Source: a virus. From it: 36,958 bases of DNA. Under the pieces are notes generated by a model that did no database searches, was not told the origin of the DNA, and saw nothing but the letters and a program-made list of their open reading frames with translations. This document shows, one piece after another, positions 18,068 through 27,024 of this stretch. How positions within the stretch are numbered: position 1 is the first letter of the stretch; each line of letters starts with the position of its first letter. The position numbers and the translations under genes are program-made. Where the stretch lies: IMG/VR virus record IMGVR_UViG_3300009455_000001; one strand, given 5' to 3'.

Positions 18068-19342
18068 TTATTCCAGTTGCGCCCTTATGGCTGCTGGGAT
18101 TTTGTTTAAGTCTAAATCACCGTAGGAGTCTAGCCATTTACTTGGTATCGGTTTATTGCCCTTTACCATAGCGTTGACATCTTCGATGGTATAGTTTGTT
18201 TCTGTTTTTGTTCCGCTCGCCGCTGGCGTGATGGACCTTTTTGCGTTCTGAATTTTTTGGACACCACGTTGTTCTGCGCCTAATAGTTTCCCTTGCATTT
18301 TCTCAAAAGCAATGGTTCTAGCTGCGATCTCAAAGGCTTTCTTATAGTCGTCAATTCCAAGCTCTTTAGCTTTTTCAAAGATTTCTACTAAAGGTTTAGC
18401 CCTTGGGTCAATCGGGTCTCCGTCGTGACCTTTCCAGTAGTCGTCCATCAATTCCTGAACTGTTCCAGATTTTGGGAGGAAATATTCCCTAAATTCAGGC
18501 CTGCCAGCGATTGTCGCCAATTCAGTTTTAATATCCTGTCTGGCTGCGTTCCTCATGGCTTCACGCGATTGCTTCCGATAAAATTCGCTAGCCTCTTGAC
18601 TGGACTGGTAAACCTCGGAAAGCTGCTGTTGCAATGTCTCCACTTGGTTTTTCAAACTACCAATTATTCGGTTAACTTTTCGTCCTGCATCTGGGCTAAT
18701 GAATTCATCTTCATCAATAATTTGGTCAAAATCACCTTGTGGCAATTGGCTTAAAATCTGTTTATTCTGACCCAACACAGTTTGGAGATATTCGATCGCC
18801 TCTGGTCGTGCAGACTGTAAATCTTTCAGCCATTGTTGGTGGTTTTGCGCTTTTTTACTCAAATCATGGTGCTGCTGCTCAAGTTGTTTATACGCTTGTG
18901 CGTCCCTAGAACCAATAAATCTCTTCAATTCTTTAATCTTTGAGGCAAGCTCTTCTAGGCTTTTAGCTCCAACTTCCTTCAAAGCGTCCTGTACGGGGTC
19001 ACTTTTAGGCTGTTGTTGCTCTTTTGGCTCTTCCGTTGTGGGTTCCTCTGGGTCTAGTTCACCAGACTCATATTTTTCCACTAAGGCTAAGTCCTCATCT
19101 GTTAAATGGCCCTCTTTATTCTTGAGCAATTCACTCAATCGCTGGCCGTCTGATTTCGCATCGCTTTTTTCAGGTTGGGCTTGGTCGCCTCCTTCAAAGT
19201 TTTGCTCGGATTCGGTCGGCTTGCCGAATTCAAAATCACTTGTAGCATCCATTGCAGCGGTAGTGCTTGCCGAATCTGGGGCACCTCCATCTCCAACGTC
19301 TACGCTATCTGGTGACCGTAAAATTTTAAGTAATTGATTCAT
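18068..19342 (-). CDS. Scaffolding protein
   Basis: 424 aa, strongly acidic, helical/coiled-coil, located between the portal and capsid genes. Confidence 0.65.
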   Translation of the reverse strand: MNQLLKILRSPDSVDVGDGGAPDSASTTAAMDATSDFEFGKPTESEQNFEGGDQAQPEKSDAKSDGQRLSELLKNKEGHLTDEDLALVEKYESGELDPEEPTTEEPKEQQQPKSDPVQDALKEVGAKSLEELASKIKELKRFIGSRDAQAYKQLEQQHHDLSKKAQNHQQWLKDLQSARPEAIEYLQTVLGQNKQILSQLPQGDFDQIIDEDEFISPDAGRKVNRIIGSLKNQVETLQQQLSEVYQSSQEASEFYRKQSREAMRNAARQDIKTELATIAGRPEFREYFLPKSGTVQELMDDYWKGHDGDPIDPRAKPLVEIFEKAKELGIDDYKKAFEIAARTIAFEKMQGKLLGAEQRGVQKIQNAKRSITPAASGTKTETNYTIEDVNAMVKGNKPIPSKWLDSYGDLDLNKIPAAIRAQLE

Positions 19343-19352
19343 TAATATCCGC

Positions 19353-21416
19353 CTATTGGTTGGGATGCCCCACTAACTCAGACTGGGGAATTGTCTGGCT
19401 GGCTAATCCAGCTTGCTTGTTCATAAATTGTCGAATTAGCTCATCTTGGTCTGGCTGCGCCCCTCTTTGGGTGGGTGCTTGCTCCGCCTCTGTCTGCGCT
19501 ATTTGTTGAGCTTGCTGAGTCTGGTCAAGCTCTTGCTGTTGCTGCTCGTTCTGCATTTGCTGTTGTTTCTGCTGCTTTAGAACAGTTGACCATTCTTTTA
19601 CCTGAGTTTTGAAATCCTGACTTGCATCGTTTTGCTCTAGCCAATACATAGTTAGCATTGTTAGAAGAACGGGGTCTTGCGCAGCCGATCCCGATTGCAT
19701 TAAAGCCTGTACAATGTCAAGATTTTTCTTTCTAATACTTGGTGATTGGGTTGAGTCTTCGATCACAACGTCATAAGGCGCAGCGTTTATATCATTCCAT
19801 TTAATTATATTTCCAGTTTGATAGCCGTATTCATCCGTCTCCCATTGCTCTTTATTGATTGTAAGATAATCGTTCTTACCGTCTTTTGTGATACGGATAA
19901 CTTTTTCATCTGTGTAATATTGTCTCCAATAAGCGTAACGGAGCATAATTCGCATTTTCATGAACATCTTCCAGTTTGCGATTGCCTGTTGATGTTGCGT
20001 GTACGCTTGCTGCATCAATTGTTCTTGGAGTATTCCGCTTTGACCGCTTTGACTCATTCCTTTTAACGCTTTAGGAGCTGCGCTAAACTCTTCTTGAGCC
20101 ATCGCTGACATCTCAACTAGTTTGTTAACATCGCTATTAAGTGGTTGCCCTTTTGGAATTTCGAATAGCGCATCACCAGCTCGTCCAGCGTTTACGCGAA
20201 ATCTGCGATCGCCTTCTGAACCATATTTTTCGAATAATTTAGCATCGTTTTCCGATTTAAAAGCTGTTGGGTCGATTAAATAGCCTGGCGCACTTGAGCT
20301 ATGTTTGACGTTGTGATACCAATTAGATAACATTCCGTTGGTCATTTTGTTGGGTGCAATTTGGTCATCTGTGAAGCTGTTGATAGAACCATTGAAAGAT
20401 TCCGCTATAAATTCCAAGACTGGGAAAATTAATTGTCCTTCGTCTGGGAAATCTGCATCGGTCATTCTTGGCTGGCAATGATATTCCCCGTTGACGGCAA
20501 ATTCAGTTTGTGACCAATAGGGGATGAGAACAGCCTGAAACAATTTTTCTACCGTTCTACTTTTTGTAGGTTTCTTGTGTTTCTGTTTGTATTCGTTCGC
20601 TTGTTCTTCGTTTTCAAAATCTACCCGTCCCTCATCGGAAACAGCGAATCGTTCGGTAACTCGCTTTTTGTAAAAGCGTTCAATTACCTTAAAAGTGCCG
20701 TCTTGCTCGTCCTTTGTTTCGTGGTCTCGATCTGTTTTTTTGTTTGTTGTCGATTGATAGTTACTTTCTTCTCTGTTCAAAGCGTATAAAGTCTCGTGCA
20801 AGTCTTCTTTATCTGGAAACATTTCGGCTATTTGGTCTGCCGTTAACCACCAGACAACGTCTACAAATGTTGCATCGTCTCTGATGATATAGTGCCTGGA
20901 ACTGGGATCCCAGTACACTTGAAGCGGACTCAGATTGTCAGTCCGCATTCGATAACGCCCGTCTTCGAATGTCTGCATATAGCAAATTTGACAAGCTCTT
21001 CCTGCGCCCCATCCTGTTTGAAACGTATCGATGTCTCGATATTGATCGTTTTGTTGATTGGAATTCCAGACGTTCAACGATTCCAAAACATCAGAAAGTG
21101 GTTGATCCTCTGGTTGGAAAGGAGCGAATTTCCCTGCGTATTTGTTTTGAATAAACAGTCCTACGGCGGTTCTGAGGGCTGGGCGAACATAGTTATAAAC
21201 GATTGGGGCTTTATTTTTTTTGCGGAAAAGCTCTTTTTCTTCTGCTGTCCATTGGTCACCGCCAATAAAATTTACTGCGGTTACAAAACGGTCGTTATCC
21301 TTTCCCCACCATTGAACAGCATGCTCGTGGGATTCGTGCATTTTTTGCGCCGAATCCATCCAGCTAGAGCCTTTTTGCATAATGTAAATATGCATTTTGC
21401 AAAATGAAAAAGTCAA
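19353..21416 (-). CDS. Portal protein (P22-like, Gln-rich C-terminal extension)
   Basis: 687-aa ORF downstream of terminase; C-terminal QQKQQQMQNEQQQQELDQTQQAQQIAQ helix reminiscent of the P22 portal barrel. Start uncertain (TTG 21416, ATG 21395/21380/21359). Confidence 0.7.
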   Translation of the reverse strand: MTFSFCKMHIYIMQKGSSWMDSAQKMHESHEHAVQWWGKDNDRFVTAVNFIGGDQWTAEEKELFRKKNKAPIVYNYVRPALRTAVGLFIQNKYAGKFAPFQPEDQPLSDVLESLNVWNSNQQNDQYRDIDTFQTGWGAGRACQICYMQTFEDGRYRMRTDNLSPLQVYWDPSSRHYIIRDDATFVDVVWWLTADQIAEMFPDKEDLHETLYALNREESNYQSTTNKKTDRDHETKDEQDGTFKVIERFYKKRVTERFAVSDEGRVDFENEEQANEYKQKHKKPTKSRTVEKLFQAVLIPYWSQTEFAVNGEYHCQPRMTDADFPDEGQLIFPVLEFIAESFNGSINSFTDDQIAPNKMTNGMLSNWYHNVKHSSSAPGYLIDPTAFKSENDAKLFEKYGSEGDRRFRVNAGRAGDALFEIPKGQPLNSDVNKLVEMSAMAQEEFSAAPKALKGMSQSGQSGILQEQLMQQAYTQHQQAIANWKMFMKMRIMLRYAYWRQYYTDEKVIRITKDGKNDYLTINKEQWETDEYGYQTGNIIKWNDINAAPYDVVIEDSTQSPSIRKKNLDIVQALMQSGSAAQDPVLLTMLTMYWLEQNDASQDFKTQVKEWSTVLKQQKQQQMQNEQQQQELDQTQQAQQIAQTEAEQAPTQRGAQPDQDELIRQFMNKQAGLASQTIPQSELVGHPNQ

Positions 21417-21446
21417 GCCGTATTTTTCGCAAAATGTAAAATTAGA

Positions 21447-22490
21447 CTATTTAAAGATTTTTTCCTTTGCAATTTGCGAAAACACAGCGTACTGAGTGCC
21501 ATACTTATTAACTGTTGGCCCAGTTAAAACATACTGCGAAAGTAGTTTTATGTCGTTCCAGAGCATTCCAAGTTTAAATTTAGCATCAGGATGTGTGCTT
21601 TCCCTGTAAAGCTCGCTCGCTGTCTCTGTTTTTCCAAGAGCCTCGAACGCCATTCCTAAGTAGTAGTTTGCAGCGTTTAAATCATCTTTTTGAACATCAA
21701 AGCAGAGGCACGCATATAGCCATTTTAACGATTCGTTTGGCTTGCCGTCCATTAATTCCATACGTCCTAAAGCCATGCAATCGGTTGGGTTCAGCCCAAT
21801 CTTTTCAAGCGATTGAAGTAAAAGGTCTTTATTCCTGACTCTTTTAAACGCTACTTTGTCTGGGTCGTCGTAGCCATAGTGGACAATCTTCGCTCCCACA
21901 ATGTTTGCCGTTTCCCCTGGGGAAATTATCTGCTCGTGGACGCATCGTTCCCACTTCGCATACGGTTTATATAGTCTAACTTGCAGAAATGTCTCTCCTG
22001 CGTGGTTATTCTCAACCTCTAGAGCAATTTTGTCTATTTTCCCATCTTTATCTTGCTCTTCTACTTTTTGGATGTATCGCTTCAATCCTTTTTGCAGTTT
22101 TTCCGAGCAAATATCGTCTGAGTCTACCCACAAAAGCCATTCTGCGTCTATGTTCGTTTCTGTAAGTCGCTCTAAACAAGTGTTTCGTGCCCACGCAAAG
22201 TTCTGGAAAATACCTTTAAAGACGTCAATATTACCGTTGCTATAGGTCTTTACTTTCTCGAAGTTTTCTGCTGATCCGTTAAACGAAATTACGATCAAGT
22301 CGCAAAATGTGAGGCTGTCTATTGTTGCCTTTAAACTTTCTACTCCTTCGTCCCCGCAAATAATCGTAGCAACCAGGTCATGAGTTTTTTTACCCATTGC
22401 ATTGCTAATTTTTCTGACTGCGTCCCCAATAACGGGGTCTCGTCCCATTGGAAGCCGCAAACTGGACATAGCCTCTTGATCAATTCGCAT
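21447..22490 (-). CDS. Family-2 glycosyltransferase with C-terminal TPR-like repeats
   Basis: VATIICGDEG...SFNGS Rossmann-like N-terminus, WVDSDD (DxD) motif, C-terminal YYLGMAFEALGKTETASELY TPR-like helices. Start may be ATG 22397. Confidence 0.65.
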   Translation of the reverse strand: MRIDQEAMSSLRLPMGRDPVIGDAVRKISNAMGKKTHDLVATIICGDEGVESLKATIDSLTFCDLIVISFNGSAENFEKVKTYSNGNIDVFKGIFQNFAWARNTCLERLTETNIDAEWLLWVDSDDICSEKLQKGLKRYIQKVEEQDKDGKIDKIALEVENNHAGETFLQVRLYKPYAKWERCVHEQIISPGETANIVGAKIVHYGYDDPDKVAFKRVRNKDLLLQSLEKIGLNPTDCMALGRMELMDGKPNESLKWLYACLCFDVQKDDLNAANYYLGMAFEALGKTETASELYRESTHPDAKFKLGMLWNDIKLLSQYVLTGPTVNKYGTQYAVFSQIAKEKIFK

Positions 22491-22603
22491 TCTTTTCCGT
22501 TCTCCTCTTTAATGAGATAAGCCGCATCAGCATACCAAAATCGCCCTTTTATAGCACCGCATTTCTGACATCGTGATTTAAGTTTGAACTGTTTCATATC
22601 CAT
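22340..22603 (-). CDS. Zinc-ribbon protein
   Basis: 87 aa; CQKC ... CPVC pair; its 3' end overlaps the glycosyltransferase ORF, so one boundary is uncertain. Confidence 0.4.
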   Translation of the reverse strand: MDMKQFKLKSRCQKCGAIKGRFWYADAAYLIKEENGKECELIKRLCPVCGFQWDETPLLGTQSEKLAMQWVKKLMTWLLRLFAGTKE

Positions 22604-24069
22604 TCGTTTCCTTGTAGCTCTTCTTGCTCTTCGTAAATTCCAAAATCAATGTTTTTCGAATATTTTCGTCTAGCAGGTTCGGTTATGCGGCTTCTTTTTC
22701 TTGCATAATTCCAATATGCGAATGCGTCTCCTATATCTGGGCTTCGGCCTAAATGTTCTGCTTTTCTTAAGTCTGACTTTTTGATTACTCTTAAAATTCC
22801 GTTTACCATTTGATAGGTCATCGCCAAAACTTCTTCTTGAAGTAGTGCAAAATCCTGGAAAAACGAAGTAACGTTGTCGCCTTTTAAAACTCCAGTCATT
22901 AAAAGCGATAAATCGATATTTCCTTCTTCCAAATCTTTCCGAAGCTCCCACCAAATAGCCGATCGCAAAGTGTCAAAGGCCAATGCTTTTTCTGGGTCGC
23001 ACTTATATTCATCTGGTTTATATCGCAAAGGGTCTATCTGGTCGGAAAACCCTAAGTCAATCAACGCAGTCCAGACTCCTGAGCCTGGTCCAACGGAATC
23101 AACGCAACCGAAGGTTTCATATCGTCCGTATTTATCGAATATCTCGCTTAACTTTACTGCGGCGACTCCATGCGGCAAATACGGCCAGGTTTCGCCATAG
23201 AACGGTTGATTTCCATTTCCGATAATCAAGCAACATTTGTCCGCCCCCATTTCTGCGTAGTCAAAGCCAAAGGTCGTCATTCCTGGAACGTGAGCTACAT
23301 CACCGTTTATTGCCCTTTCCCACCATTTAGCACTTATTAGCTGATTTGGTTTATCGGATTGCTCCCATTTCCCATATTTGAGTGCTTGTTTTTTATCCTC
23401 TGGGAGCTGCTCCAGCATTGCTTCATAGTTTTTGTCTAAAGCAGTATTTTCTTTGCGTATACATGGTATCCATTGGCGGCTAATCGCCCCTTGTGTGCCC
23501 GCTGGGACTCGAACATCTTTGTTATTCCTTGTTAAAAACCAACCGATTTCATACGGTTTGAGTCTATCAATAAATCTGCTTTTATACGCTAAAAGATGTT
23601 CTCCGTCCGGGTTCCCCGTGGATCGAATGTATCGGAGTATACCTCTATTGGTTCCCCTTAACCTACTGAAAAGATATGTATACGCTAATACTGGAAACTG
23701 CGGTAATTCATCAAATGCGATGAAGTCGTATTGCGCCCCTTGATGATCGTAAATGTCTTTTATATGGTTCAAATGGTTAAACTTGACTAATGCTCCGCTT
23801 GGGAATAGAAAAGAATGGTTTTGCTGCGAATATTCCGCTCCCAAAGGCTTGTAAATTTGCATTGCTTCGCCTATTAAATGTTGCAAGTCTGGATAACTTC
23901 TGCGAAAAATCACTGCTTTATACGCTGCCTCTTTATAATATCTAAGCGCATCTAGGATAAGGCAAAAACTTTTCCCCCCCCCTGCTTCTCCCCCATAAAA
24001 GCACTCTGTTGCCGAGCTTTGCAGAAAATCTTCTTGAGAGCCTGGGAACGGCTTGATTATCGCTGTCAT
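22594..24069 (-). CDS. terL: Terminase large subunit
   Basis: 491 aa; Walker A GGEAGGGKS, Walker B-like FIAFDELPQ, C-terminal nuclease-sized domain; overlaps the small-subunit stop. Confidence 0.85.
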   Translation of the reverse strand: MTAIIKPFPGSQEDFLQSSATECFYGGEAGGGKSFCLILDALRYYKEAAYKAVIFRRSYPDLQHLIGEAMQIYKPLGAEYSQQNHSFLFPSGALVKFNHLNHIKDIYDHQGAQYDFIAFDELPQFPVLAYTYLFSRLRGTNRGILRYIRSTGNPDGEHLLAYKSRFIDRLKPYEIGWFLTRNNKDVRVPAGTQGAISRQWIPCIRKENTALDKNYEAMLEQLPEDKKQALKYGKWEQSDKPNQLISAKWWERAINGDVAHVPGMTTFGFDYAEMGADKCCLIIGNGNQPFYGETWPYLPHGVAAVKLSEIFDKYGRYETFGCVDSVGPGSGVWTALIDLGFSDQIDPLRYKPDEYKCDPEKALAFDTLRSAIWWELRKDLEEGNIDLSLLMTGVLKGDNVTSFFQDFALLQEEVLAMTYQMVNGILRVIKKSDLRKAEHLGRSPDIGDAFAYWNYARKRSRITEPARRKYSKNIDFGIYEEQEELQGNEWI

Positions 24070-24518
24070 TTTTTAGCAGGGATATAAATCTGCAATGTAT
24101 TTTTCAATCCTCCCGAATGCTCAATTTCTTGACGATCGGTCCATCTACCGACATTTTTTAGAGCAAAGATTCCAAATGCTGGCGGTATCTCCCCTCCTGC
24201 GGTCGCCTCGGCAAGGTTCGAAGCCAAAGAAGAGCGTGCAAACTTAAGAGCTTCGCTGAACCTAGAATTTTTTTCTGCCAATTCTGAGAGTTTTTGAGGG
24301 TAAGTTCCATTTTGCTTGCAAAATGATTCTAAATAGCAAGACGTATGAAGCATTGCCCATTTGATTAGTTTTTCTGCAAAGTCCGCGATCTTTTCTTCAT
24401 CCCATTCTGGTGGCCGCCCGCCTAATTTCCCGTTCTCTGCTGCCCATGGCTGAGATCTAAATGGTTTTTTAGGCTTATCTGCGTTTTTTTTTGACTGCTT
24501 TGTATGGTCCATTTGCAT
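24066..24518 (-). CDS. terS: Terminase small subunit
   Basis: 150 aa; GKLGGRPPEWDEEK ... FALKNVGRWTDRQE pattern typical of small terminases; directly upstream of terL. Confidence 0.7.
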   Translation of the reverse strand: MQMDHTKQSKKNADKPKKPFRSQPWAAENGKLGGRPPEWDEEKIADFAEKLIKWAMLHTSCYLESFCKQNGTYPQKLSELAEKNSRFSEALKFARSSLASNLAEATAGGEIPPAFGIFALKNVGRWTDRQEIEHSGGLKNTLQIYIPAKK

Positions 24519-24521
24519 TAT

Positions 24522-24749
24522 TTAATATTTTTTGATTTTTTCCGCAAGAGCTTTATTCCTATCCTTTAATTGCTCTACAGGAAGATATTCAATATCATCT
24601 ACGCTATATCTTGGCGGCCTGTTAAGCGGAATCGGTTTTCCTTCCATTGCGGCTTTCCTGTTGGAAGCAAAATCGCTCCATCGTTTTTTCGGTTTTGTAT
24701 CGTCTGTTTTTTGTCTTCTATCGGAGAAGATTCGATTTATATTGTTCAT
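24522..24749 (-). CDS. Hypothetical basic protein, first gene of the leftward late operon
   Basis: 75-aa ORF. Confidence 0.45.
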   Translation of the reverse strand: MNNINRIFSDRRQKTDDTKPKKRWSDFASNRKAAMEGKPIPLNRPPRYSVDDIEYLPVEQLKDRNKALAEKIKKY

Positions 24750-24997
24750 TTTTCTAATTTATTTTGATTTGATTCTTTTTTTTGTCTCATTTTTGTAACG
24801 CATTGATAGAATTTTTCTAAAAACGCCATGTTTGTAACAATTGTGTAATCCACACTAAAATTAGTTTCGAGTTAGCAACTATTAGACTATATTTATAACA
24901 TGAAGATGCCTCAATGTTGGGGTGGAAGAAAGGAAATGAAATGAAGAGCAACATGATTGATTACTTGAGGAAAAATATGAGGGAAAAGGAGTAAAAA
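24750..24997. promoter_or_regulatory. Divergent intergenic control region between the leftward late operon and the rightward small-ORF operon
   Basis: 248-nt AT-rich gap; two minus-oriented GTTACAAA motifs (24792-24799, 24831-24838). Confidence 0.4.
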
Positions 24998-25141
24998 ATG
25001 AATATAAATTTTAAAAAATGCCCAACCTGTGGGGCACAGTCAAAACTAATACGAGGGGTTTGTAAAAAATGCGATGAGTATTTCCTGAAATTAAGGCTAA
25101 AATCTGAAGAAACGGCCTTATTAAAGAAAGAGGAAAAATGA
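24998..25141 (+). CDS. Small zinc-ribbon protein (47 aa)
   Basis: Below the ORF-track cutoff; AAGGAG RBS 6 nt upstream; CPTC...CKKC; stop overlaps the next ATG (ATGA). Confidence 0.55.
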   Translation: MNINFKKCPTCGAQSKLIRGVCKKCDEYFLKLRLKSEETALLKKEEK

Positions 25142-25404
25142 TAAATTTAATGCTGGTATGTTCATTGACATACGAGCAGGCTCTAGCGGTAATATTTTTT
25201 TTACGAAAAAAGAAACGAGAAACCCGTAGGGCAACTGATCAAAAAAAAACAATGAATAGTCATAATATCCGCGCGTTTTTCTCAATGCCTATCACGCAAG
25301 AAATGAGAGATTTATTTCATAGTCTCATTGATTCAGATATTCAAGCTTTAAAGGATAATATTCTTTCCAGAAAGGGGGAAAATGAAATACTCGATGGTTA
25401 TTAA
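25138..25404 (+). CDS. Hypothetical protein
   Basis: 88-aa ORF, ATGA-coupled to the upstream ORF. Confidence 0.45.
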   Translation: MINLMLVCSLTYEQALAVIFFLRKKKRETRRATDQKKTMNSHNIRAFFSMPITQEMRDLFHSLIDSDIQALKDNILSRKGENEILDGY

Positions 25405-25597
25405 AAATTCTCATGGGGGCGAAAATATCTTGAGAATAAGTCTCAATAAATCAAAAAAAGTCGCAACCTCAGAAAATATTGCTATCTCATCGATAGTTTG
25501 CGGTTGCGGTTGCAAACTTGATTTTTTTCATGAAAAAAAACCGATTGCCAATATTTTTATGATAGCAAATTCATTCGTTTACGAGGTGCCGTCGTGA
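25382..25597 (+). CDS. Hypothetical protein
   Basis: 71-aa ORF; GGGGGAAAATG RBS. Confidence 0.45.
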   Translation: MKYSMVIKNSHGGENILRISLNKSKKVATSENIAISSIVCGCGCKLDFFHEKKPIANIFMIANSFVYEVPS

Positions 25598-25782
25598 AAT
25601 ATATCACTGTTTCGGAAAAAGCAAAAGAACTAGCAATTTCTGCCCAATTAGTTAGGAGATGGGCAAAACTTGCCCGATGGGAAAACTGCCAAAAGTTCGG
25701 GTCGTCGTGGTTAATCCCAGCTGGCGCAATTCCAAAAAAGAAATTTTCAAGGAAAGCAGGCAAACGCGAGGGGGGAAAATGA
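25594..25782 (+). CDS. Helix-turn-helix DNA-binding protein (excisionase/MerR-like HTH_17 type)
   Basis: 62 aa; MKYITVSEKAKELAISAQLVRRWAK...W.I pattern. Confidence 0.6.
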   Translation: MKYITVSEKAKELAISAQLVRRWAKLARWENCQKFGSSWLIPAGAIPKKKFSRKAGKREGGK

Positions 25783-25970
25783 GCATAGACGAAATCGCAA
25801 AAAGAATTAAACTTGAGGATTTTGAAATCTTAGCTATCCGAGACTGGTCAATCGATAGCGGAAAATCTGAAGAAGAGTGTGTTCGTGCGTGGAGGCGTGG
25901 AGCTGCGATCGGCTGGAAAATAGAATCTCTTAATGAAATCGAGAACATTTTGTCAACAGTTTCAGCCTAA
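25779..25970 (+). CDS. Hypothetical protein (63 aa)
   Basis: ATG 25779 overlaps the upstream TGA (ATGA) and follows a GGGGGGAAA RBS. The longer ORF from 25659 overlaps the HTH gene. Confidence 0.45.
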   Translation: MSIDEIAKRIKLEDFEILAIRDWSIDSGKSEEECVRAWRRGAAIGWKIESLNEIENILSTVSA

Positions 25971-25979
25971 TTTTAGCCC

Positions 25980-26618
25980 TCACCAGACTTCACGGCTGGC
26001 TAAATGCGAATTTCTAATTTTTTCCTGAATTTTCTTTATTCTTAGCCTTGCTCCTTCTTTGGATATTCCATTTTGCTCACCGATCTCGCTGAGCGTTCGT
26101 TTCTCTACTCCAATTCCAAAAAACTGCTTTAGATGTAGTTTTTCATTCGATGTTAGATTTTTAAGCAACAACTCTACATCTAACCCCAAATCGTCTTCTA
26201 TCTCATTTTCTGCAAATTTAGATTCCCCATCGCCCCATTCTATATTTTCTGTTTTTCTTGCATTTTTCAGCATATTCATGCTTTCTTTATTATTCTTTGA
26301 AGCCTTCGAAAAAGCACTCATCGCTATTTGAGCTGGCAGCTTGACAGTCGTATCGCTCTGAATATATCGCATAATTCTAGCGCGAATATGCCAAATTGCG
26401 TACGTTATGAAGGATACTCCAATATTTGAATTAAATTTTAGAGCGGCTGCACAGATAGCTATTTTCCCCTCGGAAACGCAATCTTTTATATTGCTGCTGT
26501 TCGCATATTTTCGCGAAACATTCCACAAATGCCCTTCGTTTGCTTTTATTATTTGTCCAAGAATTTTGGAGCATTTTGTTTTTTGATATTCGCAAACCAT
26601 TTCGTTAATTTGATTCAT
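25980..26618 (-). CDS. Phage-encoded sigma-70 family RNA polymerase sigma factor (regions 2 and 4)
   Basis: 212 aa; region 2-like SEGKIAICAAALKFNSNIGVSFITYAIWHIRARIMRYI and region 4 HTH TLSEIGEQNGISKEGARLRIKKIQEKIR. Confidence 0.8.
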   Translation of the reverse strand: MNQINEMVCEYQKTKCSKILGQIIKANEGHLWNVSRKYANSSNIKDCVSEGKIAICAAALKFNSNIGVSFITYAIWHIRARIMRYIQSDTTVKLPAQIAMSAFSKASKNNKESMNMLKNARKTENIEWGDGESKFAENEIEDDLGLDVELLLKNLTSNEKLHLKQFFGIGVEKRTLSEIGEQNGISKEGARLRIKKIQEKIRNSHLASREVW

Positions 26619-27024
26619 TTTTTATTTCCTTTATTTTTAGTTGATAATATTCGATTAGCTGCTTTTGATTGACTCTTCCTAATTTCGACGTATTAAGCAA
26701 TATTTCAGCGATCCCCTCTCCAAACTTATTATTTATTGCGCGCCCATGCTCGTATTGTTTCCCTGATAAAAACCTGTTGCATTTCTTGCATTGAGCGTTC
26801 GCGTTTCTTTCGTCCCATCTGGTGGTTATTTTATTCCTGCTAATAAAGTGACCACAATCACAATTGTTATAAACGATTACTTTATCACACGTAATGCAAC
26901 GCCCATATCCATTTCTTGTGTCTCGAAGGCGTATATATTCGCTGAAAAGTCTGTCAAGTTTATTTTTTAGGTAGTTTGATGAAACTTTTTTTATTTTCGG
27001 AATATTTTTCCATTGCCAGTTCAT
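26605..27024 (-). CDS. ninG: NinG/Rap-like recombination protein
   Basis: 139 aa; LDRLFSEYIRLRD...CITC...CGHFISR...RWDERNANAQCKKCN matches the NinG family pattern. Confidence 0.7.
   Translation of the reverse strand: MNWQWKNIPKIKKVSSNYLKNKLDRLFSEYIRLRDTRNGYGRCITCDKVIVYNNCDCGHFISRNKITTRWDERNANAQCKKCNRFLSGKQYEHGRAINNKFGEGIAEILLNTSKLGRVNQKQLIEYYQLKIKEIKNESN

Noticed and set aside
25557-25948. Minus-strand ORFs 25557-25763 and 25652-25948 opposite the small rightward operon
   Set aside because: The plus-strand ORFs show start/stop overlaps (ATGA or GTGA at three junctions), RBSs and an HTH motif. The minus-strand alternatives have none of these.
25972-26006. Bidirectional terminator between the convergent rightward operon and the sigma gene (TTTAGCC ... 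GGCTAAA)
   Set aside because: The stem is short, the loop is long (21 nt), there is no flanking T-run, and the right arm lies inside the sigma-factor coding sequence.
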